Virus record (IMG/VR): IMGVR_UViG_3300047169_000010
Span: 4,216-68,215 of that record
Direction: 5' to 3' (one strand)
DNA from: a virus
Lineage: Duplodnaviria > Caudoviricetes
Length of the DNA: 64,000 nt
Shown here: in pieces, positions 38,376 through 48,547 of the stretch
Layout: each line of letters opens with the position of its first letter
Position numbering within the stretch: the stretch's first letter is position 1
Translations under genes and position numbers: made by a program
Notes under the pieces: generated by a model
Seen by the model: the letters and a program-made list of their open reading frames with translations, nothing else
Database searches by the model: none
What the model was told of the DNA's origin: nothing

Positions 38376-39975
38376 CCGGTCGCGCCGTAGTCAACTTCAA
38401 AGTTCCGGCACCGTTTTGACTCTCGCTTCCGCCGATGGTCCAATACCCGCCGCCCTGCCCAGCGCGTACGGCGGCGGCACCGACGCCCAAGAATTTTTCA
38501 AAGTCTTGGCTGTCGGCCTCAAATCTTACACGGAAGTAAAAGTAGAATTCTGCTGTGATAGGTGCCGTTGGTCCGACATAATACCCTTGATCAGTCCAAA
38601 CAAGACTACCACTGCCATCTGGTGTGGTGCCGCCAGCATCGTTGAACACCGGACGTGTGCTGCCTGCCGTACCCGCCACAGTTGCCTTCTGGATGTGCCC
38701 TGCGGGGTCCAGGATGGTAGCATTTAGGGCGTAAGCGGTGCCCGCAACCCACGCAGCGGCCCCAGCACCCCATTTGAGGTATAAGCCCATATAGCTAGCG
38801 CCCGGTATGGCCAGCCCCGGCCCTGCGACAGTGTATTGCCCCGGCGCGGTGCCTAAACTGGCCAACACACCGCCGCTATATACATCGATGGTTCCGTTCA
38901 AGTCAGTTACGTCTTCAAAGAATATACCGTCTAGCGTGCGCTGGATGGGGCTGTAGTAATTGCCCATGCCATCGTTGACCAGCGAAAGTTGCGCCAGTGG
39001 CGCGTTGATAGACATTCCAATGCTGAACGCGGTGTTGGTGCCGTTTATAGGACCTGTAGGAATCTGGCTAAGACCAGATGAGGTCCCGTCTAAGACGATA
39101 GCGTAAAGCTTGTCACCGACACTGGGCGCAACGTTGAACGCTATCGTACCAGCCACCAGAAGGTAATCTATGGATGGACTCATGAATATACCATTTAGGA
39201 ATACTGACAGAACCAGATCTCCACCACTTACATGAAAAATGGAGTTGACGCCGTTTACGGGTCCTGATGGAACTTGCTGTGTAACTGTAGCCGTGCTGCC
39301 GTTCGCCAACCCCGCAACATATATGTGTGATCCAACCGAAGGCGCTGTGTTGAATGTGATGGTTGACCCTGAAAGAGTGTAGTCAAACCCTCCTGGCGTT
39401 TGGTATATACCGTTTAGAAAGACCATGGCCAGCACAGGTGTGCCGCCGCTTATGGTGAATACTGTGTTAGTGCCGTTTATCGTACCACTCGGCACTTGAC
39501 CCAACGGCGTCTGTCCGGCAGATGTTGTAGTCAATCCAGATGCATACAGAGAATTTCCGAACGCGGGAGCTGTTACGAATGTGATTGAAGAACCAGACAA
39601 TGTGTAGTCAACACCACCCGGAGTCTGAAAAACGCCGCCTTGAAACAATAGAAGAAACAACGGCGTAGCGCCTGTGAGCAACGCGGGGCCAACGTAACAA
39701 TCATCTTCGTCAGTGAACAGAAAGCTGCCAGCCTTACCACCCATCTGCAGAAAAAACCCCATCAACGTACGTAACTCTGTTACGGTAGTGTAGCTACCCC
39801 ACGCAAAGTCATGTAGAAAATCATAGATGAGCGTGTAGTTCCACGTTGGGTTGATGGTCTGTTTTATACGAGTTTCGTAGGCGTTGGGCGCACGCGTGTC
39901 CAGTGTGTCGAACTCTGGAGTCTTGAGCATGGTGAATGTGAGACCCGGCAACGTTGGAAACACTGGTAGCGTCAT
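38365..39975 (-). CDS. DUF2460-like distal tail protein with internal repeat domains
   Basis: KTPEFDT...G.ETR...W.YTL.Y..L...L.GFF....G....FLF.D and terminal F.FRVRF..D flank a large insert. Confidence 0.75.
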   Translation of the reverse strand: MTLPVFPTLPGLTFTMLKTPEFDTLDTRAPNAYETRIKQTINPTWNYTLIYDFLHDFAWGSYTTVTELRTLMGFFLQMGGKAGSFLFTDEDDCYVGPALLTGATPLFLLLFQGGVFQTPGGVDYTLSGSSITFVTAPAFGNSLYASGLTTTSAGQTPLGQVPSGTINGTNTVFTISGGTPVLAMVFLNGIYQTPGGFDYTLSGSTITFNTAPSVGSHIYVAGLANGSTATVTQQVPSGPVNGVNSIFHVSGGDLVLSVFLNGIFMSPSIDYLLVAGTIAFNVAPSVGDKLYAIVLDGTSSGLSQIPTGPINGTNTAFSIGMSINAPLAQLSLVNDGMGNYYSPIQRTLDGIFFEDVTDLNGTIDVYSGGVLASLGTAPGQYTVAGPGLAIPGASYMGLYLKWGAGAAAWVAGTAYALNATILDPAGHIQKATVAGTAGSTRPVFNDAGGTTPDGSGSLVWTDQGYYVGPTAPITAEFYFYFRVRFEADSQDFEKFLGVGAAAVRAGQGGGYWTIGGSESQNGAGTLKLTTARPVAA

Positions 39976-42900
39976 TATCGTGGCACCTTGATTGCGCCGG
40001 AGCTCACAGCTCCGCGAACTATATCTACAATATCACTAGAATGAGCCTGTAACGTACTCCGCATCCCGGACCGATCATACGCTTGCACCTTTGGTTCATA
40101 GTGTAAATGTACGGGCGATCCGCCGCCACCTGTGGGCGCGTTACCGGCAGCACCGCCGTTCACCATCTTCTCAAATGTAGCGGTCTGCCCCGTGGTAAGC
40201 ACGCGCTCACCACCGTGACCGATAATAGGCACCGCGCCACTGCCCGGAATGATACCACCAACGTCAAACGAACCCAGCGCCATAACTGCGGCAAACGTGA
40301 CGGCGGCGGCTATGGCACCCAACTCCGGCCCCACTACAGGTATGCCCGCCAGCGCCTTGAACGCACCGGCTGCGGCGGTCTTAGCGTCAATGAAGATTTC
40401 TTCAGCCGCGGATGTTTTCTTGATAATAGCACTAGTGCCTGCGGCAGTGGCATCGTTAGCCACAATAGCTGCATTCTTGACGCTATTTACTATCTGCATT
40501 TTTACAGCATTTTCAGCTGCAGACAGAACCATTTTTTCCCACACTATTTCAGTCTGCTCAATGAGGTCGATGCCCATCTTGCCAAACGCGCGACTGATGG
40601 ATTGCGTTCCATTGAATATACTCTGCTGTGCTTTGAAGAAGTCTGTCTCAATGGTTTGGAAAGCCTTCGTAAACGGCTGAGTGATGTCCTGTGTTATCTT
40701 GCCGTTGTCCGTAATAGCGGCTGCGGTCTTCGCACCCTGTGCTTTCAAAATCTGATTGGCTACTGATTGTTGTTGCTGAATATTCTTTTCGTAACCTTCG
40801 TCACCAGGATGAAGGTTCTGTGCAAGCACCTTGAGTCGCGCCAGTTGCTCATTCAAATCCTTCAATTCAGCAACATACTCGGCCGCGTGGATGGCGGCAA
40901 GCTGCTGATCTTCACTCAGTTGCGTGATTGACCCACCTGCGTGCGCGGCAGCTAGCGCGGCTTTCTCAATGGCATATGCGCTGGTCGCTTGTATATCTTC
41001 GCCATTTTTTATTTCGCGATAATAATCCGCCCAGTGCTCGCCTGTACGCATAACGTCGGCACCCACAGAGGCCTGCCATTTATTCATGTCTGCGATGTTG
41101 CGCTGCACGCCTTCGTCACTTATGTATTTGTCCTGCGACGCCAGCCCTTTCTTCACGGCTTCTTGCAGTTCGGTATGCATACGACTCTGAAACTGAACGA
41201 ACTGTGTCAGCACTTCGCGAGCTTGGTCACTTCCGCTTTTGAATGTGGTAAGATAAGCTTCCCAGAAACTAGTTCCTTCGCCAGCTGTGAATTCACCATG
41301 CGTACTGACCATCTGCGCTTTGTATTCTTCAAACTGATCACGAATCTGTTTCAGTTTGGCAATATTCGGGTCTTTGCCCGGTTTATCGTCCTTGATTTGC
41401 TGGTGCTTTGCTTCTTCCGCTTCCTTAGCTTGTTCAGCAGTGAGCGCGTTTTGTTCACCCTCTAACGCGGTTATCATCTGCAGCAACGCTGTAGCTTCTT
41501 TGTCGTAGCGTGTAGCAGATTTATCGTTTCCAGATGCTTCGTGGGCCTGTTTTACCTTGTCAAGAGTTTCGTAGTATTTTCCATACAGAACGTCGCCGTA
41601 GCTAGTAAGTTCATTCTGCTTTGCCTGCTCGGTGTTCGCCATCTGCATCCACTTCACATGTTCCTGAAGCATTATATCTTCATCATGCAGCCCAGCAGAC
41701 CCGAACGAACCGGGTAACATTTTCTGTAGTGTGGACGGTGCGAGGCCACCCTTGGTGATGTCAAGGTTGAGAAGACGCAGTTCTTTCTCATACGCACCAT
41801 CTAAACTCTTTTGGAATTTGTCAGCGGCGTCGGCAGCTTCAAGCAATGCGAGTTTGGCACCGTTGAACGGCACCTTTTCAATCTTGGCGTCCTGCTCCTT
41901 CATCTTCTCAGTTTGCAACTCTATACTGTCTGCAAGATGTTTGAAATCAAGGTCTAGAGCTTCAAGGTTCTGCCCCAGCTTGTAAGCGCCGGTATTGCCT
42001 ATGTCAAACGATTTATATAGATACTCGCCCAGCTCCACAACGGCGTAGCCAACGGCTGCTATCAACGCGACGGGCATCGCTGCCTCTAGCAACGGCCCCA
42101 TGATGCTAGAGGCAGCGCCGATTCTCGCGATTCCGTACTCAACACCTGTCAAACTGCCAGTGGCTAATCCGGCTGCGATGCGCGCCGTACCAAACGCCTC
42201 TGCACGATTGTACGTCGCGGCTGTGTCGACCTCACTGGCGACTGCATTGGCTCGTAGACTAGCTGTGTTGGCCGCGTTGCTGGCAGTGCTAGCGTTGACA
42301 GCGGCTACGGCTGCGTTCATCGCCTCTGTGAAGCCCAGACCGCTGGCAAGTGCTTTATCGTATGCAGCGGCCAACTGCACACCAACTAATTCACCCTTTT
42401 TAGCCAGTGCTTGATATGCTGCGAGAGCAGCATTTGTCGCACTTATGGCGACAGTCTGTGCGGCGTTTTGTTCCGCAAGCGTCGCTGTACTGGCGCTGAG
42501 CCCTGCGTTGGCAGCCGTGGCCGCAACCGTGGCCTCTGTAGCTGACGTCGTAGTGGCTTGATTCTGCAACCACAACAAACCCTGCGCTTCAATCTGAGCG
42601 TTGGCTTCTTCAACGGTAAGACCAAGACTTGCTTCTGCGGCAACTGTCGCCTCCAACGCCGTCTGCGCGGCTGCATTCGCCGCTTGCTGCGCTGTGAGCG
42701 CGGCGTAGCTGGCCGCTACGGCCTCAACGGATGCGGCGTATGACGCATTTGACTCAATGGCGAACGCCGTACGTGATGCCTGCTCGGCGTCTATACCGCG
42801 CCGAACGTTGGCTGCGGCTATTTCCTTTGCTGACCGTTGTACAGAAGTCTCTGCAAGAATAATCTGCGCAATGTTCTCAGCGGCCAAGGCCTCGGCGGCT

Positions 42901-43169
42901 TGCTGACGCGCTACAATCTGTGCTGTAACACCGTCTATAACAGCCTGCTCGGCAGCTACCAGAGCGTCATGTTGCGCGATGTTGTTTGCCAGAATTGCGT
43001 CAAACTCTTTGAAGGCGTCCATTACAGCATCGATGGCCTGCTCTTCAAGACTGGTTTCTTGTACAAGGTCTTCGATACCCACCTTGGCGGCGGCTAGCCC
43101 TTCTTCAAGGCCGGACAAATCAACGCTTGTCGTGAAATTTAGACTATTGTCCTGCGGCATGGTCACCAT
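39975..43169 (-). CDS. Tape measure protein
   Basis: 1064-aa Ala-rich helical ORF after the tail chaperones; C-terminal FDVGG...HGGERVLT. Confidence 0.88.
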   Translation of the reverse strand: MVTMPQDNSLNFTTSVDLSGLEEGLAAAKVGIEDLVQETSLEEQAIDAVMDAFKEFDAILANNIAQHDALVAAEQAVIDGVTAQIVARQQAAEALAAENIAQIILAETSVQRSAKEIAAANVRRGIDAEQASRTAFAIESNASYAASVEAVAASYAALTAQQAANAAAQTALEATVAAEASLGLTVEEANAQIEAQGLLWLQNQATTTSATEATVAATAANAGLSASTATLAEQNAAQTVAISATNAALAAYQALAKKGELVGVQLAAAYDKALASGLGFTEAMNAAVAAVNASTASNAANTASLRANAVASEVDTAATYNRAEAFGTARIAAGLATGSLTGVEYGIARIGAASSIMGPLLEAAMPVALIAAVGYAVVELGEYLYKSFDIGNTGAYKLGQNLEALDLDFKHLADSIELQTEKMKEQDAKIEKVPFNGAKLALLEAADAADKFQKSLDGAYEKELRLLNLDITKGGLAPSTLQKMLPGSFGSAGLHDEDIMLQEHVKWMQMANTEQAKQNELTSYGDVLYGKYYETLDKVKQAHEASGNDKSATRYDKEATALLQMITALEGEQNALTAEQAKEAEEAKHQQIKDDKPGKDPNIAKLKQIRDQFEEYKAQMVSTHGEFTAGEGTSFWEAYLTTFKSGSDQAREVLTQFVQFQSRMHTELQEAVKKGLASQDKYISDEGVQRNIADMNKWQASVGADVMRTGEHWADYYREIKNGEDIQATSAYAIEKAALAAAHAGGSITQLSEDQQLAAIHAAEYVAELKDLNEQLARLKVLAQNLHPGDEGYEKNIQQQQSVANQILKAQGAKTAAAITDNGKITQDITQPFTKAFQTIETDFFKAQQSIFNGTQSISRAFGKMGIDLIEQTEIVWEKMVLSAAENAVKMQIVNSVKNAAIVANDATAAGTSAIIKKTSAAEEIFIDAKTAAAGAFKALAGIPVVGPELGAIAAAVTFAAVMALGSFDVGGIIPGSGAVPIIGHGGERVLTTGQTATFEKMVNGGAAGNAPTGGGGSPVHLHYEPKVQAYDRSGMRSTLQAHSSDIVDIVRGAVSSGAIKVPR

Positions 43170-43512
43170 CCATCATGAGCTTGTCAACTAACTTCTGTAA
43201 CGACGGTGAGTTCTTCATCCACGCTGGCGCTTGCTGTGGCTTGCTTACCAACTTCGGCATGTGAAGCAAAGTTCCCATGGGTGTGTTCTGTTGTGCTGGT
43301 GCCTGCCGCTTATCGTCACCTTTGTACCCAAGAAATTGACCAAGAAGAATATGCGTGGGCGGCTCTATAGCCATGTAGTCACACGCATCCCAAACGTCGG
43401 TAAGAAGCATTTCGTCAATAGTTGGGAATGTGTAGCCAAACGCTGTAGCTATACGCCCGTAAATGACGAGCCAATCTATTCCGCCGGACTCGCCTCGGCC
43501 TCTGCTTTTCCC
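43144..43512 (-). CDS. Tail assembly chaperone, -1 frameshift extension (gpGT-like)
   Basis: The -1 frame from GGGAAAA reads SRGRGESGGIDWLVIYGRIATAFGYTFPTIDEMLL and runs into the tracked ORF 43144-43410. Confidence 0.75.
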   Translation of the reverse strand, partial: GKSRGRGESGGIDWLVIYGRIATAFGYTFPTIDEMLLTDVWDACDYMAIEPPTHILLGQFLGYKGDDKRQAPAQQNTPMGTLLHMPKLVSKPQQAPAWMKNSPSLQKLVDKLMMDGDHAAGQ

Positions 43513-43784
43513 ACTGATTCCTTCTTGAAGCCGTTGACGACCAACGCCGCCTCAATAAATTCAGCATACTTGCCGTCTACGAAATAAGGAAGGTTGTCTA
43601 TAAAATCCTCCGTGACAGGATTTCCGCCTGACTCTAAGCTGGCCAACACAAGCCGCGTGTTCGTTTCTGCTGACGACATTTTAGTGCCGTCTGTGTTTGA
43701 AAACACATAACCCCGACCCACCTTGGCCGTAATGGTGGTCAAGGTGTAGTCGGTGCCTTCGTACGAAACAATCTTTTTCAGCAT
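43476..43784 (-). CDS. Tail assembly chaperone (gpG-like)
   Basis: Lies between the tube and tape measure genes; ends in a slippery sequence. Confidence 0.75.
   Translation of the reverse strand: MLKKIVSYEGTDYTLTTITAKVGRGYVFSNTDGTKMSSAETNTRLVLASLESGGNPVTEDFIDNLPYFVDGKYAEFIEAALVVNGFKKESVGKAEAEASPAE
43506..43512 (-). other. Programmed -1 frameshift heptamer G GGA AAA
   Basis: X XXY YYZ in the correct phase (GTG GGA AAA); similar to lambda G/T GGGAAAG. Confidence 0.8.
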
Positions 43785-43805
43785 GATTCCCTCGCTTAGT
43801 TTCGT

Positions 43806-44573
43806 TTAGAACTGGTTGTACCAGTTGAGTGGGTTATCCGCCGCGCCGGCGAACGCTGTAAAGTCGGTGGTGAGCATGGTGTAATCGTCCTGCTTGGTCG
43901 CCAAGTCGATCTTTCCAAGACGCACGTTGGGTAGATTGATGCTGTTCACAGCGCCTTGATACAACAGTGGGATTGTCATGGACAAGATTGGCCCCCAACC
44001 CATGATGTGATTCACGGCTGTGAGTGTGGTTCCCACTGCCGACTGGCTGTAGGTGTAGCTAATGGCGATAGGTACGAGCGTGTCCGCGGCCGCGAACGTG
44101 TACGCGCCCGTGCTGGTGTTCACCACATACTGTCCCGTTGCGGGTGTACCTGTAGGTAGACGCAAAAACTGGACGCCTGTGGTCAGATTCACTACGCCAA
44201 GGTCAGACACAAACACGCCAGAGCTAGGCGGCACGAGTGTCACCATGTACGGCGTGGCCGGAATGGTGTGCAGCTCGTGATACGCCGTGCTGACAACACC
44301 GGCGGTGACAACATCAGCGAAGAAGCATTGGTTGAAGAACGCGTTATCCATCTGCGCGAACTCAAACGTACCCTTGATGCTGCGCTTGCCGATGGCGCTG
44401 TCAACAGCCCACTGCTTCTGACCGAACAGCTCTTTGATGTCGCCAGAAATCGTCATTTTGATGTTCTGAATGATGCCCACCTCTTGCGGTGTGGGGTCAA
44501 CTGCGAGATTGCCAGCCGTGGGTGTCGCGAACAGTACGCCAGAGCCGAATTGAATTCCAGGAAGGGGTGCCAT
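43806..44573 (-). CDS. Major tail tube protein
   Basis: Position; QFGSGVLF...G.IQN......K.LFG beta-rich pattern. Confidence 0.8.
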   Translation of the reverse strand: MAPLPGIQFGSGVLFATPTAGNLAVDPTPQEVGIIQNIKMTISGDIKELFGQKQWAVDSAIGKRSIKGTFEFAQMDNAFFNQCFFADVVTAGVVSTAYHELHTIPATPYMVTLVPPSSGVFVSDLGVVNLTTGVQFLRLPTGTPATGQYVVNTSTGAYTFAAADTLVPIAISYTYSQSAVGTTLTAVNHIMGWGPILSMTIPLLYQGAVNSINLPNVRLGKIDLATKQDDYTMLTTDFTAFAGAADNPLNWYNQF

Positions 44574-44592
44574 GTCGTTCTCCTTTACGATT

Positions 44593-45087
44593 TTAGATGC
44601 CCACCAATATCTTGATGGGTATATGAATAAGCGACGGTGTGTCTAACAGCCCCTCGTCTGTAAGACCATCCCCATCCTTGTAACACTGCGTGACCAAACC
44701 GCCTAGCGTTTGGCCCGAACCGGCTCGCTGCCCATTCAATAATACCGTAGCTGGGTTGCCCGGTACAATAAGTGTCGTCAGCAAAGCGTCACTCAGAGCG
44801 TCGTAGTAGTTATTCAACGCGGGCGACACAACATCATCAAAACTCTGACTTCCAGGAAGATACACAAACCAGCTGACGCCTATTTCTTCCTTGGGAATTT
44901 TACGAACACCGCCGCTGGTGTTGCGTGTTGGGGCCTGGAATTGGAAGAATGCTGGGTACATGCTGGGATCAACGTCTTTGAAATGACGAAATCGCCTACT
45001 CATGTACGAAAACGGTGTGGTACTGGTCTTCAGGGCCAACGCAATAGAGAACAAGTTCTGCATGATGCTTTCAGTGCTTACACTCAC
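44593..45087 (-). CDS. Tail terminator-like protein
   Basis: Position upstream of the tube gene; size. Confidence 0.6.
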   Translation of the reverse strand: MSVSTESIMQNLFSIALALKTSTTPFSYMSRRFRHFKDVDPSMYPAFFQFQAPTRNTSGGVRKIPKEEIGVSWFVYLPGSQSFDDVVSPALNNYYDALSDALLTTLIVPGNPATVLLNGQRAGSGQTLGGLVTQCYKDGDGLTDEGLLDTPSLIHIPIKILVGI

Positions 45088-45569
45088 CGCATCACCTCAC
45101 CCATAGCCTGCTGAAGTTGTGACGACATCTCTGTTTGCGCTTCGTCAACTGCTGGGCCAAACCATTCCCTGTGCGGTGTGGGTGGGTGGTTCACAACGCG
45201 TGCAAATATACGTTCCCCTTCTTGCATGAACGCCAACACCTTAGCATTGACCGGCACGATCTTGTAGAAACCACGCCCACCTTCTTCAAAGAATATACCG
45301 TACGGCGCTTCCGGTCCTCCGGCAGTGACGTTGCCTGAAATAACAGAATTTCCAAGAAACCGCGTTGGAATCTGCTTCACAGTACCCAGCAACTTACCGC
45401 TGACGCTATTCAATACCCCGCCAGAAAGATTGCTGCGAACTCTGTCCGCAAGCATACTGTTCACGATATCAATGCGTTCGGCCAACACGCTACGCGCCAA
45501 CAACTTTTTCGCATCAATGTACTCAAGCACATTGGCGGCACTGTCCGTGATTGTAAACGCGCGACCCAT
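45084..45569 (-). CDS. Tail completion/neck protein (HK97 gp10-like)
   Basis: SG.L..S...Y..F.EEGG...HP.T..R.WF.PA pattern. Confidence 0.65.
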   Translation of the reverse strand: MGRAFTITDSAANVLEYIDAKKLLARSVLAERIDIVNSMLADRVRSNLSGGVLNSVSGKLLGTVKQIPTRFLGNSVISGNVTAGGPEAPYGIFFEEGGRGFYKIVPVNAKVLAFMQEGERIFARVVNHPPTPHREWFGPAVDEAQTEMSSQLQQAMGEVMR

Positions 45570-45572
45570 TGG

Positions 45573-46502
45573 CTAGTTCCCCACGCTACGCCGCTTGTAG
45601 TAGTTCACAACACGCAAAATCTCTGGGTCAAGAAGAAGAGTATATGAAGTAGAACCGACATCTTTCATGGCGACGCTACGCTGTCCAATCCAGTTCCTGC
45701 GCTTGTAATTCAACGCGACCATCTGATTGACAGTTTGAATGATGTCGCTCGGCGTCCCTGCCGCGGTGTATGAAATCACCACCTGCTTCCCTGCGTCACC
45801 GGCATTGAATAGATAAAACCCATTGCCTTGCACATAGTACTGACCCACGGCTGGCGCGGTTAGCGACGGTGTGAGCGCTCCGCCGCCTACAAAGTATGTG
45901 ACGCCTTCGTCAGCCAACCACGCCGCGCCGGTAAGTAGCGACTGAACCTGAACTATGGGCGTACCTGTGGTGGGAATCGTATCAAGATCAACCAACGTCT
46001 GTGTCGCAAACCCGGCGTTATAGCTAACTTGAATGTTTGACAGTCCACGAGGAAACCCATAACGCGGCCAGCCGCCTACGCCGTACGGGTACGTATAGAA
46101 TGTGTCGGGCGCGTTGCCAGCCCCGGTCAAAACTACGATACTGCGACCACTGTTGCCAATGCCATAGCCCGCGCTGCCCGCGCCGGTGCTGGCTTGTATA
46201 GCCTGCCCGCTCACGGTGACAGACGATATGGTATTGATGGGAAAATTGCGGAGGTAAATTTCTGCGTTGCCGTTGCCGTTGTATGTTTCAACATAGTCGA
46301 CGGGTTGTGCATATGGCGAATTGAAAGGCACGCTGAAATTCATAGGTCCGCGCCCGGTCAATCTAAGAAACTCGACGCTGGCTGCCGTCAGGCATAGCGC
46401 CATGTTCCCGGCCACATTAGACGGGTCAGGGCTGGGCAGTGTAACGCCTGCCCAGCTCGCCGCCGATTGCACCGTTGAAAGATTTACGTTCATTGTCGTC
46501 AT
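45573..46502 (-). CDS. Head-tail connector/adaptor with inserted domain
   Basis: E.YNG.G...L.NFPI..ISSV...NIQVSYNAGF...P.DI..V..MVAL.YKRR. Confidence 0.7.
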   Translation of the reverse strand: MTTMNVNLSTVQSAASWAGVTLPSPDPSNVAGNMALCLTAASVEFLRLTGRGPMNFSVPFNSPYAQPVDYVETYNGNGNAEIYLRNFPINTISSVTVSGQAIQASTGAGSAGYGIGNSGRSIVVLTGAGNAPDTFYTYPYGVGGWPRYGFPRGLSNIQVSYNAGFATQTLVDLDTIPTTGTPIVQVQSLLTGAAWLADEGVTYFVGGGALTPSLTAPAVGQYYVQGNGFYLFNAGDAGKQVVISYTAAGTPSDIIQTVNQMVALNYKRRNWIGQRSVAMKDVGSTSYTLLLDPEILRVVNYYKRRSVGN

Positions 46503-46526
46503 TAGCTAATCCTAGTGTAAAGGGTT

Positions 46527-46572
46527 GTGCGGTACACCAACCCCACCTTCCGCGAGGGGTGGTGTACCGCAC
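46527..46572. promoter_or_regulatory. Strong hairpin after the capsid gene (stabiliser, attenuator or processing site)
   Basis: GTGCGGTACACC/GGTGTACCGCAC 12-bp perfect stem plus ACCCC/GGGGT; no U-tract. Confidence 0.5.
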
Positions 46573-46624
46573 GCCTTCAACGCAGCCCGTGGAAAGCGAG
46601 GGCGAACCGCAAGCTGCGAAGCCT

Positions 46625-48427
46625 TTAGGAAATGCCGATACCAGTGATAACGCCGGTCAGCCAAGGGGTGTAGTGCCCCAAGGTTTCGTCCGCATAGGTG
46701 CCGAACGACCAAGCGCGCTGGATGGCAGGCCACTCATACCCGTAGTAATCGCGCATCAGCATGATGGAGCGCGTGTACGGAATACGAGACATCACATATG
46801 GATTCTTCGTGATGTCGAAGTAGATCGTACCTACGGGAATCATGGGGTGCATGTGCAGTGGGATGATGTTTGCGCCGGTAGGGCTGTCAACCGCGTAACG
46901 GCTCTGGTAGCCGGACACGATCATACCGCCGACGATGTTGTCCTGATTGTCCTTGGTCAGATACACCTGATAACCGCTGGCGGTCTGGCTTCCGTTCTTC
47001 AGGATGGTGCGTTGCAAGCTGGTGATCGCATCAGGGCTCCCCCAGATGGCATCGACACCAGCTTGATAATTGGTGAAGAAGTACTCCAGCGCCGTTTCAA
47101 CCTCCAGGCACTGACCGCCCTGTAAGCTAGTGAGTTGCGCACCTTGCAGGTCCTGCCAGTAGCCGTAGGTCGCAGCCCAGCTCAACAGACCGGTGAAGTC
47201 TGTGGTCTGCGCGCTGTGATCAGCGTTCAACCCGGTTGCGTTGGCCAACTGCGTCGTTGTGACGACGTTGGTTTTCTGTGTGTACGTACCGTACTGTGTC
47301 ACCGCCTGGAGGTAAGCATTCGCCGTGGTCGGGCTGCCGCTGGCGCTGATGAACCACGCGAACCCGAAGGTGCCGTTGGGGTAACCGCCTGCACCAACGG
47401 TGCTGGCAGGCTTCACCGTGAAGGACGCGGACAAGTTGCCGCCCGACGTGGTGACGCTGTTGCTGGCCGCCGACAGCGCGGACATACCGCCATTGTAGGT
47501 GATGCTCGCTCCGGTACCGGGTGCGCTCACGTTGAAGGACGGAACCAACCCGTTCGTCACATTGGGCGCTGCCTGATAGCCATACTGCGCATTGCTGGGA
47601 TTGCCCAGACCGGTAAGAAGGATAACGTACCCTGTAAGCGTGGTGGCCGTTGTCACAGCGCCGCCCGCTACCAGCGCCGCCACGGGGGTGGGTGCCGTGC
47701 CAAGTGCAAACCCGTTCTGTCCGAGGCTGCCCGTGCCGTCGTTGCCAAGAAGGATAATGCCTTCCTCCTGCAACCACAAGCTCTGCAATCCGCGCAGATG
47801 TTCGTCTGCAAGGTTGCCGGTAAAGCCTTCGCCGGCCCACTCTGCCTCAACCGTGACCAAACGCTCAACGCCAAGACCCTTGTAGGTCGAAGCGAAGTTG
47901 TTCTCGTCCGGCGCACTGACCTGTGCGCGCTGGCCTTCTGGTACGCCCGCGTACTGACTGCCGACAACGCGGTTGGTCTTCCACTGCGCCATGGTGCCAA
48001 CGCCCGCATTCGGTCCGCTGGTGCGTGGAATCTGGTCACGGAACGGTGTGTTGACCGGGTACAGCAACGCAGCTGGTCCGCGAAGGTCGATAAAGTTGTA
48101 TCCCAAGCTGGTAGTGACTCCAGCCTTGGACAACCCAAGATCACCCTTCCAGGTTCCACTCACAATCTGCTTCATGACGATGTCGGCGATGCGCATCCGT
48201 TCGTCTGCGGTTGTGATGGCACCCTTCTTCAACAAGCTGAAAGAGGAGCCTTTGCTAACGTCGCGCTTCAACTCGTCAATCTTGGCCGGAAGCCATGCGA
48301 GGTCGGCGCTCTTCGCAGCAGCCTTCTTGAAGGTGCTGAGATACAGGTCATTTGCGTCAGTCAGCGCCTTGTGCATTCCAGGGCTAAAGCTGTTGACGCT
48401 GCTTTGTCCTACGCGAACGGAGTTCAT
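46625..48427 (-). CDS. Major capsid protein (HK97-fold) with large insertion
   Basis: Follows the protease; LYPVNTPFRD.IPR...W; start set at ATG 48427 behind GGAG. Confidence 0.8.
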   Translation of the reverse strand: MNSVRVGQSSVNSFSPGMHKALTDANDLYLSTFKKAAAKSADLAWLPAKIDELKRDVSKGSSFSLLKKGAITTADERMRIADIVMKQIVSGTWKGDLGLSKAGVTTSLGYNFIDLRGPAALLYPVNTPFRDQIPRTSGPNAGVGTMAQWKTNRVVGSQYAGVPEGQRAQVSAPDENNFASTYKGLGVERLVTVEAEWAGEGFTGNLADEHLRGLQSLWLQEEGIILLGNDGTGSLGQNGFALGTAPTPVAALVAGGAVTTATTLTGYVILLTGLGNPSNAQYGYQAAPNVTNGLVPSFNVSAPGTGASITYNGGMSALSAASNSVTTSGGNLSASFTVKPASTVGAGGYPNGTFGFAWFISASGSPTTANAYLQAVTQYGTYTQKTNVVTTTQLANATGLNADHSAQTTDFTGLLSWAATYGYWQDLQGAQLTSLQGGQCLEVETALEYFFTNYQAGVDAIWGSPDAITSLQRTILKNGSQTASGYQVYLTKDNQDNIVGGMIVSGYQSRYAVDSPTGANIIPLHMHPMIPVGTIYFDITKNPYVMSRIPYTRSIMLMRDYYGYEWPAIQRAWSFGTYADETLGHYTPWLTGVITGIGIS

Positions 48428-48547
48428 TTGTATTCTTCTCCTAATTGCGAGTTGGTTTGTATCTTGTTCCGGTACGCTCATCGCGTTCGGAAAAGAATAA
48501 TACTATTGATAAACTACGCTGCGTCCGCTCGCCGCAGCGTAACCCGT

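Noticed and set aside
32839-39975. Gene transfer agent
   Set aside because: The GTA-type tail genes are embedded in a genome with complete replication and lysis modules.
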